A stretch of 5,063 nt of DNA from a virus: IMG/VR virus record IMGVR_UViG_3300045988_056128, positions 1 through 5,063 of that record; one strand, given 5' to 3'. Of the stretch, positions 1 through 5,063 are shown in pieces. Below the pieces are notes generated by a model. That model did no database searches, was not told where the DNA came from, and worked only from the letters and a program-made list of their open reading frames with translations. The position numbers and the translations under genes were made by a program. Each line of letters opens with the position of its first letter. Within the stretch, counting starts at the first letter, position 1.

Positions 1-263
1 CCGCTAAGGTTAAATTAACTGATAAGCAACGTGAACAAATTGAATCTGATTTGAAAGACCCTAAAAAACTTATGGATAAACAATTTTGGAAACAAGTTTT
101 TCATTCTAAAGATGAGAAGTTTAAGTTGCTCCGTGCTTCTTATGAGCGTGGCCTTTCCAATGATATATATTTTAATTTCTATGCTAATAGTCAAGGTTCC
201 GGCTTACAGGATGCTAATGACTTGGCTACTATTGGTTCTCGCCTTAAATATCTTTTTAAGTGA
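1..263 (+). CDS. VP2 minor capsid / DNA pilot protein, C-terminal part. It continues from 4339..5008 because the genome is circular; the full ORF is about 310 aa.
   Basis: Frame-3 ORF ends at TGA 261-263 and runs off the 5' edge of the window. It is in frame with the ORF running off the 3' edge (4339..5063) once the 55-nt terminal duplication is collapsed (5009=1). The sequence is Ala/Asn/Thr/Lys-rich and coiled-coil-like, as expected for a Microviridae pilot protein. Confidence 0.8.
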   Translation, partial: AKVKLTDKQREQIESDLKDPKKLMDKQFWKQVFHSKDEKFKLLRASYERGLSNDIYFNFYANSQGSGLQDANDLATIGSRLKYLFK

Positions 264-272
264 GGTGATATT

Positions 273-353
273 ATGAATAAATGGTTTAGCGCTCTTTGTG
301 TCGCTATTGGTGCGGCCGCTACTTATCTTAGCCAATTTATTTTCGGGAAATGA
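273..353 (+). CDS. Hypothetical 26-aa hydrophobic single-TM peptide, MNKWFSALCVAIGAAATYLSQFIFGK.
   Basis: ATG 273 lies 4 nt after a perfect SD, GAGGTGAT (262-269), which overlaps the VP2 stop TGA. The peptide ends at TGA 351-353, which is embedded in the next identical SD. It has an uninterrupted hydrophobic core of about 20 residues. The ORF is not in the track because it is shorter than the track cutoff. Confidence 0.4.
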   Translation: MNKWFSALCVAIGAAATYLSQFIFGK

Positions 354-362
354 GGTGATTTT

Positions 363-479
363 ATGAAACGTCGTAAGATGACTCGTAAAGGTTCCAAGCG
401 TCTTTTCACTGCAACCGCTGATAAAACTAAATCTATTAACACTGCTCCGCCGCCAATGCGTGGCGGTATCCGGTTGTAA
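363..479 (+). CDS. Small, highly basic DNA-binding protein of 38 aa, analogous to phiX174 J and gokushovirus ORF8: MKRRKMTRKGSKRLFTATADKTKSINTAPPPMRGGIRL.
   Basis: ATG 363 lies 4 nt after SD GAGGTGAT (352-359). Twelve of the 38 residues are K or R and only one is acidic. The stop TAA (477-479) overlaps the ATG of the Rep gene as TAATG. The size matches the J and ORF8 class of DNA-condensing proteins in Microviridae. Confidence 0.6.
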   Translation: MKRRKMTRKGSKRLFTATADKTKSINTAPPPMRGGIRL

Positions 480-1417
480 TGGTTTGTTACCATCCTATAA
501 CTGCGTATCAGTTGCGCCAATGTAAACCTAACGGCAAGAAAGCTATAGTTTTTGGCGCACCGCCTACGCAACCTTTTGACGTTATCAATCTTCCTTGTGG
601 TCAGTGTATTGGTTGCCGTTTAGAGCGTTCTCGTCAATGGGCCGTGCGCTGTATGCATGAAGCTAGCTTGCATCCGTGCAATAGTTTCCTTACATTAACT
701 TATGATGATGAACATATCCGCTGGTCTCCTATTACCGGCGAACAGACACTCTATAAGAGAGATTTGCAGTTGTTTATGAAACGTTTGCGGAAATATTTGG
801 AACCTATTAAAGTTCGGTTTTTTGCGTGTGGTGAATATGGTGACAATACTTATCGGCCTCATTATCATCTTATTCTTTTTGGTTATGACTTTAGGTCAGA
901 CCGACGATTGTATAAGTTGTCTAATGCAGGTTTCCCCTATTATATTAGTGATATTCTTAATAAGCTATGGACTCATGGTTACTGTCTTGTGGCTGATGTT
1001 ACATTTGACTCATGCGCCTATGTTGCTCGTTACGTAACGAAAAAACTTAACGGCGAAGCCGGGAGATTAAAGTACGAAGGCATTCAGCCGGAATTTGTTA
1101 ATATGAGCCGCCGTCCCGGTATTGGTGCTGATTGGTTTGCGAAATATGCCGGTGATGTATATCCATATGACCGGGTAATAATTGTTGATAACGATAAGGT
1201 CCGGAAATTACGGCCACCGAAATATTATGATAAGCTTTATGATGCTATTAACCACGACGAAATGGAGCTTATCAAGGAAAAACGTGTAGAAAATGCTAAA
1301 CTACATGAGCAGGAAATATATACTCCCGGTCGCTTGGAAGCTAAAGAAAAATTTAAGTTTGCTCAAATTAAGAGCTTAGAAAGAGGTAAAACAGATGAAA
1401 CTTTACAGTGTATATGA
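479..1417 (+). CDS. Rolling-circle replication initiator protein (VP4, gene A-like), 312 aa.
   Basis: All three RCR motifs are present: FLTLTY (motif 1), HYHLILF (HUH motif 2) and YVARYVTKK (motif 3, with two catalytic Tyr as in phiX174 A). The N-terminus has the LPCGQCIGCRLERSRQWAVRCMHE Cys cluster typical of Microviridae VP4. The ORF is translationally coupled to the upstream ORF. Confidence 0.92.
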   Translation: MVCYHPITAYQLRQCKPNGKKAIVFGAPPTQPFDVINLPCGQCIGCRLERSRQWAVRCMHEASLHPCNSFLTLTYDDEHIRWSPITGEQTLYKRDLQLFMKRLRKYLEPIKVRFFACGEYGDNTYRPHYHLILFGYDFRSDRRLYKLSNAGFPYYISDILNKLWTHGYCLVADVTFDSCAYVARYVTKKLNGEAGRLKYEGIQPEFVNMSRRPGIGADWFAKYAGDVYPYDRVIIVDNDKVRKLRPPKYYDKLYDAINHDEMELIKEKRVENAKLHEQEIYTPGRLEAKEKFKFAQIKSLERGKTDETLQCI

Positions 1418-1646
1418 TAAAAAATCTATGATTTACGGTCAAATTATGACTTGTCAGGATGAGATTCAAGCCAAGAGATTATTTGAACGTGCTGTCAATG
1501 ATGACGACACTATGTTGTTCCACTATCCGGAAGATTTTGTACTTGTTGAAATTTGTGATTTTGATGAGCATACCGGTAATATTACTACTATGCCTATGCC
1601 TAAACAGATTTTGGAAGCACAAGCATGTTTTCCAATTGAAAAATAA
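1395..1646 (+). CDS. Small non-structural protein of 83 aa, VP5-like, with a putative role in ssDNA synthesis or packaging.
   Basis: A good SD, AAGAGGT (1381-1387), sits 7 nt before ATG 1395. The ORF overlaps the Rep 3' end by 23 nt. Its size, its position immediately after Rep and its MKLYSVYDKK... N-terminus match gokushovirus VP5-type proteins. The family assignment comes from memory and has not been searched. Confidence 0.55.
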   Translation: MKLYSVYDKKSMIYGQIMTCQDEIQAKRLFERAVNDDDTMLFHYPEDFVLVEICDFDEHTGNITTMPMPKQILEAQACFPIEK

Positions 1647-1676
1647 GTGCAATACTCGTTTTGCACTTACTTTTTT
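1645..1676 (+). terminator. Weak candidate intrinsic terminator or attenuator.
   Basis: An 8-bp stem aagtgcaa (1645-1652) / ttgcactt (1661-1668) with an 8-nt loop is followed by ac and then TTTTTT (1671-1676). The stem is AT-rich, so readthrough into VP3 is likely. Confidence 0.3.
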
Positions 1677-1715
1677 CAATTCGCCGCCGGCAGGCACTGA
1701 AAGGAGTTACACTTT

Positions 1716-2186
1716 ATGAGATTTAAAACTATTTTTGATACCTATCAAGAAAAACAAGGTATTATTTTCAAGGAACCCACTATGACAGTACAGAGTGAAA
1801 AAGATAACTGTGACATTAATGTTATCATGAACCGCTATGCTACATGCGGTACGCCGCTTCCTTATCGTACTGACGGCGTTCAGCCTGTTTATGCTGATGT
1901 TTCTGAACTTGGCGATTATATGGAGAACTTCCAGCGTTGTAAGCAAGCTGAAGAAATGTTTAATGCTTTGCCGTCTGCGCTTAGAAAAGAGCTTGACAAT
2001 AACCCTGCTAATCTGATACCCTTTATTCAGGACAAGCAGAATGAAAGTAGGTGTATCGAATATGGACTTATTAATAAGCCAATTGTGGAAGCTCCTAAAG
2101 CTCCTGTTGTTGTTAATCCTAATCCCGCTAATCCTGTTTCTAATAATACGCCCAATCCTATCGTACATACAGATAGTGATGCTTAA
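1716..2186 (+). CDS. Internal scaffolding protein (VP3), 156 aa.
   Basis: SD AAGGAG (1701-1706) sits 9 nt before the ATG. Conserved gokushovirus VP3 signatures are present: QSEKDNCDINVIMNRY and LPSALRKELDNNPANLIPF. Confidence 0.8.
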   Translation: MRFKTIFDTYQEKQGIIFKEPTMTVQSEKDNCDINVIMNRYATCGTPLPYRTDGVQPVYADVSELGDYMENFQRCKQAEEMFNALPSALRKELDNNPANLIPFIQDKQNESRCIEYGLINKPIVEAPKAPVVVNPNPANPVSNNTPNPIVHTDSDA

Positions 2187-2199
2187 TAGCTGATTTTAA

Positions 2200-2224
2200 G
2201 GCCGCCGTTTGGCGGTCTTTTTTT
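2200..2224 (+). terminator. Rho-independent terminator.
   Basis: A GC-rich 7-bp stem ggccgcc (2200-2206) / ggcggtc (2211-2217), including one G-U pair, has a gttt loop and is followed by a run of 7 T (2218-2224). It starts 14 nt after the VP3 stop. Confidence 0.7.
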
Positions 2225-2246
2225 ATTGCGAACTTCCGCCGAGGGT

Positions 2247-2283
2247 GTGGGAACAGTTGCCCTCTTGATGTAACTGTTCCCAC
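2247..2283. other. Perfect 12-bp hairpin: gtgggaacagtt / aactgttcccac, with 13-nt loop gccctcttgatgt.
   Basis: Exact reverse-complement arms were read directly from the sequence. The hairpin is in the only long non-coding region. The loop contains CTTGAT. Confidence 0.7.
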
Positions 2284-2287
2284 TGAC

Positions 2288-2312
2288 ACCAATCGTTAAA
2301 CTGTCGATTGGT
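2288..2312. other. Second hairpin: accaatcg / cgattggt, 8-bp stem with 9-nt loop.
   Basis: Exact inverted repeat starting 5 nt after hairpin 1. Confidence 0.6.
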
Positions 2313-2316
2313 TCAC

Positions 2317-2340
2317 GAACCTTTTCCCCGTCAAAGGTTC
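2317..2340. other. Third hairpin: gaaccttt / aaaggttc, 8-bp stem with 8-nt loop tccccgtc.
   Basis: Exact inverted repeat starting 5 nt after hairpin 2. Confidence 0.6.
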
Positions 2341-2385
2341 ATAAAAATACGGCCTTTCCGTTTAAATATTTTTTCGTTCCGGTAG

Positions 2386-2414
2386 TTGATACTATGTTAA
2401 ATTTCTGTTAGAAT
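2386..2414 (+). promoter_or_regulatory. Sigma70-type promoter: -35 TTGATA (2386-2391), 17-nt spacer, extended -10 TGtTAGAAT (2406-2414). An AT-rich UP-like tract lies upstream at 2361-2376.
   Basis: Five of six matches to each consensus hexamer at the optimal 17-bp spacing, plus the TGn extended -10 motif. It sits in the only intergenic region, downstream of the terminator and upstream of the ORF52/VP1 block. The predicted TSS is at about 2421. Confidence 0.5.
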
Positions 2415-2487
2415 ATCTATGAGAGGTAAATATATCATGCCTCTTATATGGCGTAATGTTATATACAAGCAAGAAAGGAGTCAAAAA

Positions 2488-2646
2488 ATGGTAATGTCTG
2501 ATTTTGACCGCTTTGTCATTAGGCATGGATTGATGCCCACTTACAATCCGGATACTCTTATTTGGGTTCATGGTTCTTATTGTGATGTTCCTGCTGAATA
2601 TTCAGCACGTGTTTTCTCGAAAGGTGGTGAATTTGTGAATGAGTAG
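2488..2646 (+). CDS. Hypothetical protein of 52 aa, MVMSDFDRFVIRHGLMPTYNPDTLIWVHGSYCDVPAEYSARVFSKGGEFVNE, with no recognised family.
   Basis: A strong SD, AAAGGAG (2474-2480), sits 7 nt before ATG 2488. This is the first ORF downstream of the predicted promoter and it overlaps the VP1 start by 8 nt. The track ORF 2419..2646 is the same frame with an upstream ATG that would lie at the predicted TSS and has no SD. Confidence 0.4.
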   Translation: MVMSDFDRFVIRHGLMPTYNPDTLIWVHGSYCDVPAEYSARVFSKGGEFVNE

Positions 2647-4234
2647 ACATTCAGTACAACATCTGTTTTCTCAGGTGCCTACTGCTCAAATTCCTCGTTC
2701 TAAGTTCAATCGCTCTCATGGTTTAAAGACTACGTTTGATAGCGGTTATCTAGTACCAATCTTTGTAGATGAGGTTCTTCCCGGTGATACGTTCTCTATG
2801 GACTGTACGCTGTTTGCTCGTGTTGCTACACTGATTAGCCCTATCATGGATAATATGTACATGGACACTTTTTGGTTCTTCGTGCCGGAACGTTTGTTGT
2901 TTGACCACTTCCAAGCAATGTGCGGTGAACAGGATAATCCTACTGATTCTACTGATTATCTCTTTCCTACTGTGAAATCTCCAACAGGTACAGGCTTTGA
3001 AGTTGGTTCCATTGCTGATTACTTTGGATTGCCAACAGGTATCCCGAATTTAGAAGTCAGAGCAGAGCCGTTCCGTGCTTACAATCTCATCTATAATGAA
3101 TGGTTTCGTGACGAAAATCTTCAAGAGTCTTTGCCTTTTACTAAAGCAGATTCAGACCAATACTCTAACTATAAGTTAGTTAGACGTGGCAAACGTCATG
3201 ACTACTTTACTTCTGCCTTACCTTGGCCGCAAAAAGGCCCCGGTGTAGAGTTGCCCTTTGGCGGTACTGCTTCGCTTACAGGTGAGATTTTCCAAAATCT
3301 TTATTCCGGCGATATTCGCGGTCGTCAGAATCAGGGTGATGATAGTTGGCTTGCTAATGTTCTTTTAACTAGTGCTGGTTATGCTGGTTCTGGTGATGAT
3401 GATAGTTTTGCTGGTGGTACTCCTTACAAACTTAGTATGGATTTGTCTAAGGCTAAAGTCGATTTAACATCTGCTACGTCTATCACTATCAATCAGTTCC
3501 GTGAGGCTTTTCAGATTCAACGCTGGTATGAGCGTGCTGCTCGTGGTGGTACTCGTTACACAGAAATAATCAGAAGTTTCTTCGGTGTAGTTTCTCCTGA
3601 CGCTCGTCTTCAACGTCCGGAATATCTTGGCGGTTCCTCTAATCGTATTGATGTTAATGTCATTCCGCAGACATCTGGTACTACTGATGTTTCTCCGCAG
3701 GCTAATTTATCTGCTTTTGCTGTTGCTACCAATGGTAGAGGCAATGGATTTAGCAAGTCTTTCACCGAGCATGGTTGGATTATTGGTCTCGTCAATGTCA
3801 GAGCTGATTTGACCTATCAACAAGGCATTAATAGGATGTGGACACGTTCTACTAAGTTCGATATGTATTGGCCGACATTTGCTTTTTTAGGTGAGCAGGC
3901 TGTGTTAAACAAGGAAATATTCGCCCAAGGTAATGAAGAGGATGATGGCGTTTTTGGTTATCAGGAACGCTATGCCGAATACAGGTATTCACCTAGTCAA
4001 GTTACCGGTAGATTCCGTTCTACTTATGCTCAGTCTTTGGATTCTTGGCATTTAGCTCAAAAATTCGATAATTTGCCTAAGCTCAACCCGGAATTCATTG
4101 TTGATAATCCGCCGATTGATAGAATTGTTGCTGTTCCGTCTGAACCTCAATTCCTTCTTGATGCGTGGTTTAATTTAAATTGCGTTCGTCCGATGCCGGT
4201 CTATGGTGTCCCCGGTCTTATGGACCATTTCTAA
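2639..4234 (+). CDS. Major capsid protein (VP1, F-protein family), 531 aa.
   Basis: The N-terminal RSKFNRSHGLKTTFDSGYLVPIFVDEVLPGDTF signature is the hallmark of Microviridae and gokushovirus major capsid proteins. The length is typical. SD AAGGTGGTGA (2621-2630) sits upstream of the ATG. Confidence 0.95.
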   Translation: MSRHSVQHLFSQVPTAQIPRSKFNRSHGLKTTFDSGYLVPIFVDEVLPGDTFSMDCTLFARVATLISPIMDNMYMDTFWFFVPERLLFDHFQAMCGEQDNPTDSTDYLFPTVKSPTGTGFEVGSIADYFGLPTGIPNLEVRAEPFRAYNLIYNEWFRDENLQESLPFTKADSDQYSNYKLVRRGKRHDYFTSALPWPQKGPGVELPFGGTASLTGEIFQNLYSGDIRGRQNQGDDSWLANVLLTSAGYAGSGDDDSFAGGTPYKLSMDLSKAKVDLTSATSITINQFREAFQIQRWYERAARGGTRYTEIIRSFFGVVSPDARLQRPEYLGGSSNRIDVNVIPQTSGTTDVSPQANLSAFAVATNGRGNGFSKSFTEHGWIIGLVNVRADLTYQQGINRMWTRSTKFDMYWPTFAFLGEQAVLNKEIFAQGNEEDDGVFGYQERYAEYRYSPSQVTGRFRSTYAQSLDSWHLAQKFDNLPKLNPEFIVDNPPIDRIVAVPSEPQFLLDAWFNLNCVRPMPVYGVPGLMDHF

Positions 4235-4248
4235 GAGAGGTGAATATT

Positions 4249-4329
4249 TTGAATGACTTACAAGTTTCAACTATTGCAATCGTATCTTTGTGTATTATTG
4301 TTGTCTTACGTACTTTTGGTCTGATTTGA
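4249..4329 (+). CDS. Hypothetical small hydrophobic peptide between VP1 and VP2. With a TTG start it reads (M)NDLQVSTIAIVSLCIIVVLRTFGLI, 26 aa. The alternative ATG 4253..4324 in the next frame gives MTYKFQLLQSYLCVLLLSYVLLV.
   Basis: A perfect SD, GAGGTGA (4237-4243), lies immediately after the VP1 stop. In the otherwise gapless genome a 104-nt gap separates VP1 from VP2. With the TTG start, the stop TGA 4327-4329 is embedded in the SD of VP2, the same architecture as at 261-363. Start codon and frame are uncertain. Confidence 0.3.
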   Translation: MNDLQVSTIAIVSLCIIVVLRTFGLI

Positions 4330-4338
4330 GGTGTTACC

Positions 4339-5063
4339 ATGGGTTTATGGTCTGCTATCCGTGGCGATGTTTTTGGTAGCCTTGCTGGCGGTCTTATCGG
4401 TTCTGCTTTTGGCGGCAATAGTGCCAAAAAGCAAGCCGCCCTCCAGCGTCAAAATTGGGCATATCAACAGCAAAATGCCCATCAGTTTGAAGTTGGCGAC
4501 TTAAAGGCCGCTGGTCTTAATCCTATTCTTTCTGCTACTAATAGCCAAATTGCCGGCATGGGTTCCGCCCCTTCTACTTCTGATAATGGTGTTGGAGCTG
4601 GCGTTACTAATAGTATTACCGCCGCTCTTACTCGTCAGGCTAATGTAGAAATTGAAAAAACTAAAGCTGATATTGCTTTGATTGAAGCTAAGGCCAATGC
4701 TACCAATGCTAGAACTAATGCTATTACTGCTGGTATACATGGTGATGATATATCTAAGGCTAATGAGCGTTATGATGCTGATACTGCAAATATTAAATCT
4801 GATACTCGCTTGAAAAATGTTACTGCTGATTATACTTCCGCTAAACAATCTAATGAAGCCAAACTTACACAGGCTGAATTTGAGCGTATTCAGAATGATA
4901 TTCGTATTGCTAATGAGAAGTTGCCCTATGAGATTGATAATATTGTTGCTAATAGTCAAAATGCTCGTGCTACTGCTAGCTATATGTTATCTATGGTTAA
5001 TCTGAATGCCGCTAAGGTTAAATTAACTGATAAGCAACGTGAACAAATTGAATCTGATTTGAA
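4339..5063 (+). CDS. VP2 minor capsid / DNA pilot protein, N-terminal part. It runs off the window end and continues at 1..263.
   Basis: ATG 4339 lies 5 nt after TGAGGTG (4327-4333). The N-terminus is Gly-rich and hydrophobic, MGLWSAIRGDVFGSLAGGLIGSAFGG, followed by QNWAYQQQNAHQFEVGDLKAAGLNPILS, which is typical of gokushovirus VP2. There is no in-frame stop to the end of the window. Confidence 0.85.
   Translation, partial: MGLWSAIRGDVFGSLAGGLIGSAFGGNSAKKQAALQRQNWAYQQQNAHQFEVGDLKAAGLNPILSATNSQIAGMGSAPSTSDNGVGAGVTNSITAALTRQANVEIEKTKADIALIEAKANATNARTNAITAGIHGDDISKANERYDADTANIKSDTRLKNVTADYTSAKQSNEAKLTQAEFERIQNDIRIANEKLPYEIDNIVANSQNARATASYMLSMVNLNAAKVKLTDKQREQIESDL
5009..5063. repeat. 55-nt exact terminal duplication of 1..55. 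This is an artefact of linearising a circular genome, whose unit length is 5008 nt.
   Basis: Direct comparison: ccgctaaggttaaattaactgataagcaacgtgaacaaattgaatctgatttgaa occurs at both ends of the window. Confidence 0.9.

Noticed and set aside
261-479. Alternative genetic code (UGA=Trp or Gly) fusing VP2, the peptide and the J-like protein into one protein. This was considered because SpV4-type hosts use code 4.
   Set aside because: Trp is encoded by TGG throughout VP1, VP2 and VP4. No TGA occurs inside any long ORF. Every TGA here coincides with an SD and start codon for a following gene. Standard code 11 fits.
323-571. Minus-strand ORFs in the track: 323..571, 1479..1697, 1707..2168, 3610..3795, 4218..4427 and 4501..4959.
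   Set aside because: All lie antisense to well-supported plus-strand genes. They have no SD, are low-complexity (for example Ile/Ser/Asn runs opposite the Ala/Asn/Thr-rich VP2), and Microviridae encode everything on one strand.
1677-1700. GC-rich palindromic tract cgccgccggcaggc upstream of VP3, considered as a possible operator or origin.
   Set aside because: It is only a 6-bp palindrome (gccggc) with no flanking symmetry or repeats, which is too weak to call.
2419-2487. N-terminal extension of the 52-aa ORF (track start ATG 2419, alternatively ATG 2437).
   Set aside because: ATG 2419 lies 5 nt after the predicted -10 hexamer, that is, at or before the TSS. It has no SD. ATG 2488 has a near-perfect SD at ideal spacing.
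3627-3812. Plus-strand alternative-frame hydrophobic ORFs: 822..1037 (TTG start), 3627..3812, 4817..5005 and 1459..1719.
   Set aside because: The genome strongly prefers T-ending codons. A +1 shift puts T at codon position 2, which makes shifted frames Leu/Ile/Val/Phe-rich and depletes stops. There are no convincing SDs. They are treated as codon-bias artefacts; the 837..1037 case is kept only as a low-interest finding.
1-5063. A scan for tRNA, rRNA, CRISPR arrays, IS or transposon terminal inverted repeats, integrase and att sites.
   Set aside because: None were seen. The only repeat is the 55-nt terminal duplication explained by circularity. No integrase or recombinase ORF is present, so there is no evidence in this window for an integrated prophage.

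Overview
This window appears to be a complete, circularly permuted ssDNA phage genome of the family Microviridae, gokushovirus-like. The last 55 nt (5009..5063) repeat the first 55 nt (1..55) exactly, so the unit genome is 5008 nt and the window was cut inside the VP2 gene. All convincing genes lie on the + strand and are tightly packed. In order they are: a hypothetical 52-aa ORF, VP1 major capsid protein, a small hydrophobic peptide, VP2 minor capsid/DNA-pilot protein (wraps the window end), a second 26-aa hydrophobic peptide, a 38-aa highly basic J/ORF8-like DNA-binding protein, VP4 rolling-circle replication initiator, a VP5-like small protein, and VP3 internal scaffolding protein. The only sizeable non-coding region (2187..2487) holds a strong rho-independent terminator, three consecutive perfect hairpins and a near-consensus sigma70-type promoter with extended -10. 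This layout implies a single genome-length transcription unit. Several small genes are joined by a recurring TGAGGTGAT stop/Shine-Dalgarno coupling cassette. There are no tRNA, rRNA, CRISPR or transposon features. Minus-strand and alternative-frame ORFs in the track are best explained by strong NNT codon bias.
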